Assembly: GCA_963818475.1 (NCBI GenBank) | Contig: CAWFSF010000006.1 | Span: forward strand, 1,376,001-1,440,000 | Length of the DNA: 64,000 nucleotides | Reading direction: 5' to 3' | Source of the DNA: Nitrospirota bacterium | GTDB taxonomy: Bacteria > Nitrospirota > UBA9217 | Shown here: in pieces, positions 20,658 to 32,000 of the stretch | Position numbering within the stretch: the first letter of the stretch is position 1 | Layout of the letters: each line of letters starts with the position of its first letter | Made by a program: the position numbers and the translations under genes | The notes under the pieces: generated by a model | Databases searched by the model: none | Told to the model about the DNA's origin: nothing | What the model saw: only the letters and a program-made list of their open reading frames with translations

Positions 20658-20690
20658 TCCCTCCCCTTGCCGGGGGAAGGCTAGGTGGGT
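20658..20690. repeat. REP-like GC hairpin (CCCTCCCC...GGGGAAGG family)
   Basis: CCCTCCCCTTGCCGGGGGAAGGCTAGGTGGG. A related copy lies in the opposite orientation at ~21048-21086. Confidence 0.5.
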
Positions 20691-20718
20691 TCGCATCCCG
20701 CATTTGCGTTTACGGGTA

Positions 20719-20997
20719 TTACTTCATCTTCCCATCGATGAACTGCGCCATTTGCGCAAGTGACAGGTCCGAGACATAGCTTCCGTCTTTCATGAGAAGG
20801 TTCTGAAATCCCATTTTTTTGCCGTAATGCTGCTCGATCGCAACGCACAACTGTATGATGTCGACCGAAGCGAATTCCAGGTCAGCAGCCAGCTTTGTGC
20901 GCCCCGTAATGCCGCCGTCCGGCTCCACGCCCCAGTCCTGAACGAGGTCTTTTGTGATTGTTATAAGATTTTTTTCGATGTTCTCAGCGGTATGCAC
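20719..20997 (-). CDS. Stand-alone acyl carrier protein
   Basis: 92-aa protein with L.ADLEFASVDIIQL..AIE motif carrying the Ppant Ser. Sits directly after the PKS genes. Confidence 0.85.
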   Translation of the reverse strand: MHTAENIEKNLITITKDLVQDWGVEPDGGITGRTKLAADLEFASVDIIQLCVAIEQHYGKKMGFQNLLMKDGSYVSDLSLAQMAQFIDGKMK

Positions 20998-21047
20998 AGA
21001 TCTATTCCTCCTCTTTGTTTATTAATCCATGGAGCAGAGCGCTGAAT

Positions 21048-21086
21048 CACCCTTCACCTGACCTCTCCCCGGAAGGGAAGAGGGAT
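21048..21086. repeat. REP-like GC hairpin (CCCTCACC..CCTCTCCC...GGGAGAGGG family)
   Basis: CACCCTTCACCTGACCTCTCCCCGGAAGGGAAGAGGG. Confidence 0.55.
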
Positions 21087-21116
21087 ACGCTCTGCGCTGG
21101 GTGTTTTCGTTAGCGG

Positions 21117-24100
21117 CTACCCCGAATGCCCCGTTGCGAGAGCGATAACCACGTCGTTTTCCGATCTGACAATGACATCGACGATATTCCCGGTATGATT
21201 GACCCGGGCAAGCTCCCAGTCGTCGTCGAGAAATGAAACTTCAAATTCTTCAGGCCTCCCCTGAAGGCCCGAGCCCAGGTATTTAGCAGCGGCCTCCTTG
21301 GCGCACCAGATCCTTAATACCTTCTCGGGCAGAGCTTTCCCTTCGCACCCGCGCAGCCGCATACGTTCCGCGGCGGACAGGGAGCGTTCTATGAGCTCCG
21401 GGTTCTCGATTCTCCCCGAATGTTCTATATCCACGCCGACCGGATGCAGCGGCGGGGTCACGGCCGCCAAAGATATCCGTTTGTCGTGGCTGAGGGAAAC
21501 TTCAGGGGCCTGGACGAGGCGATCGCTCCAAAGCCCGTCGACATAGGGAGCTCCTTTTTCCTCGTGGCGGACTATGATATCGGCCGGATAGATGAGTTGT
21601 CCCGTCTGCTGATAAATCCAGTACCGCACTGCCTCCTTCACGCACGCTCGTCCCAGGAGCCATTCGCGCTTCTGGCGGACATTCGCAGTCAACTGCCTCC
21701 ATTCCTCGCGCTCTTCAAAACCCAGGAGCGTGTGGGCCAGGATGCGCAGGAAGATCCCGCCCGACTGCACGCAGAATTTTTCCGGCAGATGCGCCACTTG
21801 CCACAACAGCGCTTCCTTGTTTCCCGCTGCAGTGACAGGACGCCCCAGCCATGCGGTTAATGGATCCCGGCGAACCAGACAATAGGCGTTCGGGGCCGGG
21901 TAATACACGTTCGTTAGATTCGTCGCCCGAAAGACCGGCATTCCTCCGCTGTCCAGGCATTCGAACTGCCATAAGCGCGGGGCTTCCATGCCGGTAACGG
22001 CGGGATCCACCGGCTGTTGGCGGGCGCGCAGTTTCATGCCCTGCAGGTTTTGTGGACAGGGTGCGTAGAGTTCGATCCGGTCTATGGTCGAGGGGAAACA
22101 ATTAAAATCGGTTCCGACCTTGTGCGCAATCCAATACGCTCCCACCTGCCCCATCGCGTCGAGCAGCACCGGGTTAAGCACCAGGTTGGGCGTTTCGTTT
22201 TCGTCAAAGAAACCCTCGAGCCCGATCTCGGAAAGGCTTGCATCGATGCCTTCCTCATTCCATCCGTCGATTCGCTCCAGACTTTGAAAGATCGGTCCGT
22301 GATACATATCTGTGTAAATCCCGCGTTTATCCCAGCGGGAAGGCCGGAGTTTCGAAAGCTCGCGTAAACCCTGCTCCCGCCAATCCGCTTCAAAGGAAAA
22401 TTCGGCCGAAACGGCAAGAGTATTGCCGTTAAACAATCCGGCCCGGAACAGGCGCGGACCGATAGCCTCTGCGCGCACTTCGAGCACGACCTCGCCATCG
22501 TCGAGCGCTATCCAGTCGAGCACTTTGACATTCTCGATAATGGTGACCCGGATGCTTCCGGCCAGAAGAACGCAGGCCTCGGCCATGATCTCGAGGCTGA
22601 CCGTCAAAGGCGCGCAGGCCAGTCCGATCAGCCCGGGGTCGTCCTTCGAGACGCAGCCGGACAGGGTATGATGTCTCAGGAAGTTGTCTTCGTACACCGA
22701 CAAACGGCATTCAGCCTTCAGGCTGCGCTCATCCCACCCGGTTACCGCCGTCAAAAACGGCGTATACTCATCCACGGGACCGATGGTTCCCGTGGTTCTC
22801 ACCCCGTTCTTCCACTCCGCGTTCCCCGTTCCGAATTCCGCATTGGAATTGCCGGCGCTTCCCGGGTGATCCATGCGCGCTTGTTGACAATCCTGCATCG
22901 GTGTCTTTTCTGTCTCGCGAGTCACCGAACGGGCAGGGACGAGTATCTCGCGTAACGTCGCCCGGTCCGCGTCATTGATATGCAATACCGGCATCGTGTT
23001 GGCAACGCGCATGCCGGGCTGTTTGCCGCTTTTGCCCTGCTTAAGATCCGGGGCCGCAACGGAACATGCAGTGAACAGTCTCTTGAGCTGCAATTCTTTT
23101 CGGTTGACGTAGAGCACGGCGAGCGCGGTTAAAAACTGATCGAGGCTGCTCTTGCGGCGGTTGTCCGTGGCAAGCGAAAGATAATCCTTCCCGGACAGGA
23201 TATCGTTGACGAACGAGGTGAGATTCCCGGACGGTCCGACCTCCACAAAATAGCGGACCCCGTCCTGGTGCATACGGAGGATCGTCTCGCGAAAACGGAC
23301 CGTCTTCGACCATTGTGCTGCGGCAAGTTTCCGCACTCCCCCGGCATCATCCGGGAACAGGTCCGCGGACGCGCAGGAATAGAGCGGCACACTCGGGGGT
23401 CTGATGCCGATCCGGCCGTAAAAATCGAAAAACGCCTCGCTCATTACGGAAAAATGAGCGGTGTGGTATCCACGGTTGAATGGGAGCGGAACGCAGATCC
23501 CGCCTTCTGCGCTCAATTTTTCCTGCAGGCCGGCAATCGCCGTTTCTTCCCCATACAGCACCAGCTGGTTGGCGCAGTTGTCCATTGCAATCACAATTCC
23601 TTGATCGAGAGCGGCGATGTGCTTCTCCACGACTTCCCGGGACAGCGCCCCCACGGTCAGCAATGCGCCCGTCGGAATCCTGCCTTCGGCAAGGCACTGC
23701 TGGTAAACTCCGTTCATATCACGGATCGCATCCGCCAAGCGGGCCGGGCCGCCGAATTCGACTGCACCCGAGGCGATCAGGGCCGAGGACTCTCCGGTGC
23801 TGTGGCCGGCCATTACGTCCGGTTTCACGCCCAGTGACGCAAGCAGCGCGTGGATCGCCTGGCTGCCGATAAGAGCAGCTTCTGACCCCACATCCATGGA
23901 ATGCAGGCGTTCTTCCAGCTCTTTGCGGCGCTGTTCCGTCATCTCACTTTCGGGAGGAAAGATTATATCCGTCCGGCTCTCCCCCGGCGCTGCAGGATAC
24001 AACCCCCGCCAGAAATCAAACCAGGTCCGGACCTCGTCGAAATACAAGGCGAGATCTGCCAGCATGTTGAGATATTGCGAACCCTCACCCGGAAACAGGA

Positions 24101-25820
24101 AGGCAAGCTTGCCGTCCAGGGGACATCGGCTGTAATTGATTCCCTTGTGTGACCAGCGTTCTCCGGGGTCGTCCTTGAGGCGTTCGAGAGACTGATGGAT
24201 CTTTCGTACGAGATCTTCCCTGTCTTTGACGACCATTGCCAGACGATGCGGTCCCTCGCCGTCCTCGTGGGCAAGCGTGGCAGCAATAGCGCCTGGAGAG
24301 TAATCGATATCGCCGCCGTACAAAGCGGCCGCCCGGTTCAATTTATCAATAAGCGCTTCGCCATCGTCTGCGGAAAAAATGCAGAGCTCTGCCGGACGGA
24401 CGTCAAACCTGTGCGGTCTGCGCGCTTCTGCCGGCGCCTCCTCGAGAATTGCATGTGCATTGATGCCGCCGAACCCGAACGCATTGACGCCTGCACGGCG
24501 GGGATTTTCCGGTTGTGCTATCCAGGGTCTGCTCGTCGTATTGACATAGAGCGGAGTAGCCTCGATCCCCAATTCCGGATTTACCCTGTCACAGAGCGTC
24601 AGCGGTAGAATTTTATAGTGCAGAGCGAGCGCGCTTTTTATGAGACCGGCGATCCCGGCTGCGGGAATGCAGTGGCTGATCATCGATTTTATCGATCCGA
24701 GCGCGACGCTGCCCTGCGGCCCCTTGCGCTCGCCGAGTATCTTTTTAATAGCCGAAATTTCAGTTTTATCTCCCAGAGGAATTCCTGAGCCGTGGGCTTC
24801 CACGAGTTCTACTGATGCCGGATCCACACCGCTGGCCTTATACGCCCTTTCCATGGCAAGCGCCTCGCCCTCGACACTCGGCGCCAACAGGCCAAGCCCC
24901 TTTCCGTCACTCGCCTGCCCGATGCCGCGGACGAGTGCGTATATGCGATCGCCGTCGGCAAGTGCATCCGATGCTCTCTTCAGGACTACGATCCCCAGAC
25001 CCTCGCCCAGCAAAGTGCCTTCGCTGCCTTCTTCAAAAGGACGTACTTTGCCCCGCATACTCAATGCGCCGAGTTGAGAAAATATGACGGAGACCTCGGC
25101 GGGCAATGAGGCATTCACTCCGCCTGCAAGCATCATGCGGCTTCGGCCGTTGCGCAGTTCATCGATCGCCGCGCTCACCGACAGCAGCGAGGAAGCGCAG
25201 GCCGCATCGATCAGGTAATTCGGCCCCTTGAGATTGAGCCGGTTCGCAATGCGGCCTGTCATCACATTCGGCACCAGGCCCGGTACGATATCGGTGTTGA
25301 ACTGCGGGAGCCTGCTTTTCAGACAAGCCCGAATTCGCGACAGCTTCTCCGCGTCCAGCGATGGGAACACTCCCTGTAACAGCTCGACCGTCTGGTCCAA
25401 TACGATATTGTGTTGTACGAGATTGCCTTGCCCTCTGTGCAGGTAGGTGCTGTGGCCGAGAACAATGCCGGTTTCGGTGTGATCGTATTCTCCGGCATAT
25501 CCCGCGTCCTCAAGGGCCTCTCGGGCAACGCGTAAGGCCAGATACTGGTCCGGCTCTCCCCCGTCTATTGAGTTCGGCATAATGCCGAACTCTTTGGGAT
25601 CGAAGCGGTAAAGGGCTTTCAGATAGCCCCCGTGAGGGGTTTTGATCCGGCCGGATTCAAGATATCGCCGGGACTCCCATTCCGGCGTCGGCTCGCTGAT
25701 CGCATCCACCCCGGCGAGAATATTGCGCCAGAACGTCCTGACATCGGGTGCCTGCGGAAAGATACAGGCCATCCCGATGATGGCAATAGGTTCTGAGTTT
25801 TTTGCATCCGGTTGCGCCAT
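21117..25820 (-). CDS. Type I PKS/FAS subunit KS-AT-DH-PPTase
   Basis: KS: DAACASS, EAHGSG, KSMISH. AT: FPGEGSQ, GHSTGE, GYHT. DH: FLRHHTL...LLDAMGQ. PPTase: SLSHD...VGVDIE...WCAKEAAAK. Confidence 0.92.
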   Translation of the reverse strand: MAQPDAKNSEPIAIIGMACIFPQAPDVRTFWRNILAGVDAISEPTPEWESRRYLESGRIKTPHGGYLKALYRFDPKEFGIMPNSIDGGEPDQYLALRVAREALEDAGYAGEYDHTETGIVLGHSTYLHRGQGNLVQHNIVLDQTVELLQGVFPSLDAEKLSRIRACLKSRLPQFNTDIVPGLVPNVMTGRIANRLNLKGPNYLIDAACASSLLSVSAAIDELRNGRSRMMLAGGVNASLPAEVSVIFSQLGALSMRGKVRPFEEGSEGTLLGEGLGIVVLKRASDALADGDRIYALVRGIGQASDGKGLGLLAPSVEGEALAMERAYKASGVDPASVELVEAHGSGIPLGDKTEISAIKKILGERKGPQGSVALGSIKSMISHCIPAAGIAGLIKSALALHYKILPLTLCDRVNPELGIEATPLYVNTTSRPWIAQPENPRRAGVNAFGFGGINAHAILEEAPAEARRPHRFDVRPAELCIFSADDGEALIDKLNRAAALYGGDIDYSPGAIAATLAHEDGEGPHRLAMVVKDREDLVRKIHQSLERLKDDPGERWSHKGINYSRCPLDGKLAFLFPGEGSQYLNMLADLALYFDEVRTWFDFWRGLYPAAPGESRTDIIFPPESEMTEQRRKELEERLHSMDVGSEAALIGSQAIHALLASLGVKPDVMAGHSTGESSALIASGAVEFGGPARLADAIRDMNGVYQQCLAEGRIPTGALLTVGALSREVVEKHIAALDQGIVIAMDNCANQLVLYGEETAIAGLQEKLSAEGGICVPLPFNRGYHTAHFSVMSEAFFDFYGRIGIRPPSVPLYSCASADLFPDDAGGVRKLAAAQWSKTVRFRETILRMHQDGVRYFVEVGPSGNLTSFVNDILSGKDYLSLATDNRRKSSLDQFLTALAVLYVNRKELQLKRLFTACSVAAPDLKQGKSGKQPGMRVANTMPVLHINDADRATLREILVPARSVTRETEKTPMQDCQQARMDHPGSAGNSNAEFGTGNAEWKNGVRTTGTIGPVDEYTPFLTAVTGWDERSLKAECRLSVYEDNFLRHHTLSGCVSKDDPGLIGLACAPLTVSLEIMAEACVLLAGSIRVTIIENVKVLDWIALDDGEVVLEVRAEAIGPRLFRAGLFNGNTLAVSAEFSFEADWREQGLRELSKLRPSRWDKRGIYTDMYHGPIFQSLERIDGWNEEGIDASLSEIGLEGFFDENETPNLVLNPVLLDAMGQVGAYWIAHKVGTDFNCFPSTIDRIELYAPCPQNLQGMKLRARQQPVDPAVTGMEAPRLWQFECLDSGGMPVFRATNLTNVYYPAPNAYCLVRRDPLTAWLGRPVTAAGNKEALLWQVAHLPEKFCVQSGGIFLRILAHTLLGFEEREEWRQLTANVRQKREWLLGRACVKEAVRYWIYQQTGQLIYPADIIVRHEEKGAPYVDGLWSDRLVQAPEVSLSHDKRISLAAVTPPLHPVGVDIEHSGRIENPELIERSLSAAERMRLRGCEGKALPEKVLRIWCAKEAAAKYLGSGLQGRPEEFEVSFLDDDWELARVNHTGNIVDVIVRSENDVVIALATGHSG

Positions 25821-25880
25821 GATTAATTACCTTTTCGCGATACCTGGATTAAAATTGACAAATCGTAAAAGTCGGATCTC

Positions 25881-26070
25881 ACCGCGGAGTCGCGGATACG
25901 CAAAAAAAACGCCAAAGCCAAACCATTGTCCGCAGATTACGCAGATTACGCCGATTAGATCAGATCCGATTAGTTTTTTAAATCTGTGTAATCTGCGGAA
26001 TCTGCGGATTACACTTTTCTAACGTTTTTCCTCGCTGATCTTTTTCTCCGCGTCTCGGCGTCTCCGCGGT
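25881..26070. repeat. Nested palindromic 9-mer repeat elements
   Basis: Outer ACCGCGGAG...CTCCGCGTCTCGGCGTCTCCGCGGT. Inner (25929-26008) TCCGCAGATTACGCAGATTACGCCGATT...AATCTGTGTAATCTGCGGAATCTGCGGA. Confidence 0.75.
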
Positions 26071-26091
26071 TAAATTCCCATTTAAATTCTC

Positions 26092-29000
26092 TTAAGCCGA
26101 AGGCTGCGCCGCCGCGTTGACGTTATCACCCGCCCGGTTCAGCTCCACAACAGGAACAGGCACTGTATCTGCGGAAGTATTTCCGCCGGCCGGCGTCAGG
26201 AGACCGGTGTCCACGGCCCGTGATTTCCTTCGTATCGCGCCGATCCTGGCCTCGCGTTCTTCCCACGGTCCCTCACCGCAGATGATCTCGATCTCATCTC
26301 CGCCGTGACGGGCAATTTCCTGCCTGAATACCCCGCGCCCTGCTTCAGGGGTAACGAGAGCGACTCTTTTTCCCGCAAACTTGACTTCCATTTCCGGTGT
26401 CACCATCCCTGCACCGAATTTCGTCGCACCCCACGGTCCCCAGCAGAACGCTTTGACGTTGACCTTGTTCGCCCAGATGCGCTTCAACTGGCAGCAGAGT
26501 CTGTTCATGAGTTCATTAGCCGTAGCGTAATCGCTCTGTCCGCTGTTGCCGTAGCGCCCTGCCACGGAACTCATCACGCCAAAGAAGCGGAGTGATTCCG
26601 GGCGCAAATATTTCTGGAGCAGCAAGAAACCGAGCACTTTCGTTTCTACCACCCGGGACCAGCTGTCGCTCTTCTTGTCTGCAAGCAGCTTATCCTCTAT
26701 GATGCCCGCACCGTGAATGACGCCTGAGATCCGGGAATATTTATTGTATATGCTGTCAAAAAGCTGCCGCATCGCATCATCATTCGTCACATCAACTGAG
26801 TGGTATTCGACCGTTGCACCGTGCTTTCTGAAATCGTCAATGTTATTCCGCATTTCTCTTGCGGCAAGGATGGATTTCACCTTGCGCCGAATCTCCGCCG
26901 GGCTCATCTTCGCGCCCCCTTTGCGGACCTCCGAAACAAAATGCTCGCGTAAAGCCTCGGGAGTTATGAATGACTTCAAATCCCCGGACTCGTCCTGCTG
27001 GAGCGGGCTTCGGCCGGTCAGTATGAGCGTGTTGCCCGGCAGGGCCAGTTCCCTGAGCAGTTCAGCGGTCACACCCTTCATACCGCCGGTCGCGAGGACG
27101 ACCATGTCGCTCGTAAAGTCCGGCCGCTCCTTTTTCTCGGGAAGCGACTCGGCGACGGTCTCGAAGATCGTTCGCGCGCCACGCGGGTAGCCGACCTCCT
27201 GACGCCCGCCTTCAAGCTCGAGCTCGTCCATGAGGTGCGTTGCTATCTCGCCGGCGCTTTGCTCCGGATCCACGTCTATCGCCTTTACCCTGAGCTGAGG
27301 GCGCTCCTCGCTGAGCGACTTGAGCACCCCGATGTCCCCGCCCTGGATGGAGAGACCCGGTGAATTGTTTCCCTGCCTGTTGAACATGCCGCCCAAAGAA
27401 CTTGCCGAGAGGACATGCGCATCGCTCCTGAGCATGCCCGATAGATCGTGCAGGAGGAGGTAAAGCGATTTCTCGTTGAGCTGCAGCTCGCTTCGCCAGG
27501 TCTCGACCGGGGAATCGGCCGGATGCCATGCCGATCCTATCTGGGCGAGATGGACTATGCCCGCGACCGGTTCGCTCGCGGCTTTGCGTGAAACGCACCA
27601 TTGAGCCAGCAGTTGTTCGTCTTGAAGGACTTCGCGTTCGATTATCGTCACGGTACAACCCCGCGCGCGCAGGACCTCGGACAGGTTCTCGGCGACCCGC
27701 AGCGCGTCACGCGTGATGATAAAATTGCCCGCGCTCAGGCGTTTCGAGGCAAGGGCATCGATCGGTTCCTGCTTCGCTTTCATGACATGCCGGAATGAGC
27801 GGCTTGATATGCAAGTCGGTGATCCCATTCCGGCTTCATCAAAAGGGACGGTGGTCCCCGCTTCGGTGCTGCTCACTTTTTCCATGATATCCAGCATGCC
27901 GCTCAAAGTGGGCTGCGTATTCAGCCCGCCGAGGTCTTTGCCCAGTGACTGCCCGTAGACCGGCGGCAATGCCTTCATTAATGCGCCGACGATCTCGACC
28001 CGTTTTATCGAATCGATGCCGAGGTCGGCCTCCAGGTTCTGGTCCATACCGATCATGTCGGGCGGATAACCCGTCTTTTCTTCGATGATACCGAGCAGCA
28101 TGGCCGTCAGTTTTTTCCGGTCCATGCGATCAGCGGGTTTGTCCGCAGGCCCGGCGGAAACCTCTGGCGGAGCAGGTGTTTTCTGAACGCCGGATGGCGC
28201 GGCGATCGCGGGCTGTGGCATGGTTTCCTCAGTCGGGCCGGCCGGCATGTGCGGCGTAACCGGCATATCGGGCCTCAAAAATGGCTGAATGCGCTCAGGT
28301 CCCGGATTCCCGTACGGCGCCTGCGCCGGCATTTGGCTGAGCATTCTCACCCCCGGCCGCCGCCTTCCGTTCGACGGCCCGCTATTCGACGTCCCGCCGA
28401 GATGCATCGACATGATCCGCTCCTGTGTTTCAAGGAACTGCCTCATCATATCGAAATAGGTCGCCATGACTGACTGTTCATCATCAATAGGCATCTCTCT
28501 TTGGCCTCCTTTGTGAAATTTCCCGCTTTCGTATTTTCTTGACGCCAGACGGCTGCTGAAGATCGCATCCGTTTCCGGTCCGGAAGCCGGACGCGCCTCG
28601 CTCGACGTCGGCGTTGTTTTTTGCTTTTGCAGTTCATCCATCCTGATGCCGACTTGCTTCACCTGCTCGGTCGCGCGCCGTGCGCGGCTTCCGTTCAGCA
28701 GCCAGCCTTTTTTCAGATCCTCTTCACTGCGCGCAATCGCCTGGACAGGCGCGTTCAAACGGCCGCGGCCCTCAAAGAGCTTGCCTGCCTCGAGTGGTAT
28801 GCCGGCGCAGAGCAGTTGTCCGAACGCGTGCAAGAACGCGGTAATGCCCCCGCCGTTGGCGTCGATCGCAATCATCTTATGGGGTCTGTCGTCAAGTATG
28901 CCGCTCACGAGCTTGGTCAGAACCGACTTCGGACCGAGTTCCAGAAAGACCCGCGCGCCGTCGCGGTACATGGCCTCGATTTCGGCCACAAATTCCACCG

Positions 29001-32000
29001 GCCGGACCAGGTGATCGGTCATGACCCGCTTGATCTTCTCGACATCGCCGGCGTGGGGCTCTCCCGTGGTATTGGAATAAACCGGAATCGCGGCGTTCCG
29101 CCATACAGTCTTCCCGATCACCTCGGCAAGTGCGGACTGAGCGGGCGCGACGAAACGCGAGTGAAACCCCGCGGCAACTGATATTTTTGCGACGCTGACC
29201 TTGTCCTGGGACATCCGCGCCGAAGCTTGTTCGATCGCCGCAGTTGACCCGGAGATAACACATTGTCTCGGAGCGTTATGGTTTGCAACCACGAGGTCCT
29301 CGATGCCCGAGATTGCCCTTTCAACATATTCTCTCGGCGCCCTGATCGCGGCCATTGTCCCGAGTTCAGCGCCGGCTTTTTTTACCGAATCGACGATGAA
29401 CCTGCCGCGGGCCTCCGAAAGCGACAGGAGCGAGTCGAAATCCAGGACCCCGCCCGCAAACAGCGCGGTGAATTCGCCATAACTGTGGCCGCCCGACATG
29501 TGTGCGCGCAGACCGAACCACTCCATTAATTTCCAGAGACCTGCCCCCATCGCGCCCAATGCGGGCTGCGCAACATCCGTGCCGGTCAATGCCCTGGTTG
29601 CGTCGGCCTTTGCCTGCTCGCTGTAGCAGCCCCGGGGGAAGATGAAATGACTTAACCGTGAACCGACGCCGAAGCGCTGTTCGAAACGCCCGGAGAGCAG
29701 CCGGTCGGCTTCGGAAAGCATGTCCGCATAAACGGAAAAATTCAGGGCCAGTTCGCGCGACATACCGGTAAATTGAGACCCCTGCCCCGGGAAAAGCACC
29801 GCCGTTTTAGCGCCTGGTTCAGCGCCGCTGCCATGGTAGACCCCCGGCGGAAGCGCTTCGAGCTTTCCGGTCAAAAAGCTCACAGCCGACCGGATCTTAT
29901 TCATAAGGTCTCCGACATCGGAAGCGACGATCGCGAGCGTTTCCGCGCCAGGCTGGTAGGCCCTGGCCAGATCGCCGGCGATGCCGTACAAGTCCGATCT
30001 TTTTTCTTTTTCGATTTCCTCCTGCGTATGGGTGATGCCGGCAATCAGTTCTTCCCGGCCCCCGCCGTGCCAGAGCAAAAGTTCGGACGGCCAGGTCTGG
30101 CCGGCGCCTGTATGCCGGAACGGATGCTCCTCACCGTATTCTTCCAGAACAACGTGAAAGTTTGTGCCTCCGAACCCGAACGCGCTCACCCCTGCGCGGC
30201 GCGGCCGGTCTTCTGCGCCCAACCAGGCCATCGGCTGATCGACGAGGTACAGCGGGCTGTCCGCCTGATTGAGCGCCGGGTTCGGCTGATTGACCCCGGC
30301 ATGCGGCGGCAAAACGCGATGGTGAAGAGCGAGCGTTGCTTTGATCATCCCGGCGATTCCGGCCGCGGCTTTTGAGTGGCCGATAAGCGATTTCACAGAG
30401 CCGATCGCGGTCAGGCGCGGTGTGCTCCCTGCTTCCCGGAGAAGCATCGATGTGCTTTCGAGCTCGGCGGTGTCGCCTACAACAGTGCCGGTGCCATGGG
30501 CTTCGAACAGTCCTACCGTATCCGGACCGAAACCCGCCTGTTCATACGCGTTGCGCATGGCGCGTACCTGGCCTTCCGGATGCGGTGCGGTCAACCCTTT
30601 GGCCTTCCCGTCACTGCTGCCGCCTACCCCTTTGATCACCGCATAAATGCGATCTCCATCGCGTTCGGCGTCCTCGAGCCTTTTCAATGCGACCATTCCG
30701 ATCCCTTCAGAGATCACAATCCCGTCCGCAGCGGCATCAAAAGCGGAACAGCGGCCCCGGGGAGACAATGCCTGGGTCTTGCTGAAGCACGTATACCCGA
30801 AAGGTCCCTGCACGGTGTCCACGCCGCCGGCAATGACCAGGCTGCTCCTGCCCGAAACCAGCTCGCCGACTCCCTGATATATCGCGGCCAAGGAAGAGGC
30901 ACAAGCCGCATCCGTAGTAAAATTGACGCCTCCCAGATTGAGACGATTGGCGATGCGGCCCGGTACGACATTCAACAGTATTCCCGGGAACGTATCCTCG
31001 GTCCATTCCGGCAGCCGCTGAGCAACGACCTCGGGCAGTTCGCCCAGAAATCTCGGCAGTTCAGAGCGCAGCCCGTACTGAACGCCAACATCCCCGGTCC
31101 CGCCGCTTGCACCGAGAATGACCGAAGCCGTCTCCCGATCGAACGCTTTTTCTTCGTAGCCCGCATCAGCCAGGGTGCGCCGGGCGACCTCGAGGGCCAT
31201 CAACTGCATGGGGTCTATGGATTCAATCGACTTCGGCGGAAGTCCATAGCGGGTAGGATCGAAGAACAGGTCGTCCATGAAGCCTCCCCACTTGGAATAG
31301 ATCTTGTCCTTTGCGTGCCGATCTTCATCAAAGTACAGCCGCCAGTCCCAACGGTCGCACGGGACCTCGGTAATTGCATTCTTCTTATTCAGGATATTTT
31401 CCCAGTATGTCCGGAGATCCCCTGCTTTTGGAAACAGGCCCGCCATGCCGATAATGGCGACGTCGGACGGCTTCGTCTCCCGTTTTTTCGGACTCGTCTC
31501 ATAGGGGGCCAGGTTGGCCAGTTTCTCGCAAGCTTTGATCGTTACCTCTTCATGCAGATCACGGATGGTCCGGACCCGGTCATGCAGCGCGGCGAGCTGA
31601 CCCGTCATATAGAGTCCTTCTGCATGCTGCGCGGCGCAGTCAACAGGAACAAGCGGGGTCTTCTCTTCCGTCCGATCCCCATCGCCGTTTCTGCCGAGAC
31701 CTTTGGCGGCTATACGCGACTTCCCCAGAATGAGTTTCTCGAGAACCGCGGACATTTTCTTGCCGGTGATATTCTGTTCCGATAGTTCTCTTTTCTTTCC
31801 TTCAAATTTCGCCGCAAGCGGCGTGATGCAGCACCGGAGGGCATGGCCGGGAGAAAACCCGAGAACGGCTGTTTCCCGGCAGTCGAGCACTTTCTGCTGA
31901 TATCCCGCCACGATCGCTCCCGATTCGGCAATCTCGGGAGTAAGAAGATAAGCCGTGCCCATCAACACGCCGATACGCATTCCCGCCTGCGCGAGAGGAG

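Noticed and set aside
25881-26070. CRISPR-like array
   Set aside because: The units are 9-mers forming palindromes with no unique spacers, and there are no cas genes in the window.
30376-31785. Long plus-strand ORFs such as 30376..31785, 283..1248, 8815..9750, 16288..17184 and 57711..58718
   Set aside because: They are antisense shadows of well-supported minus-strand genes in GC-rich DNA and have no recognisable motifs.
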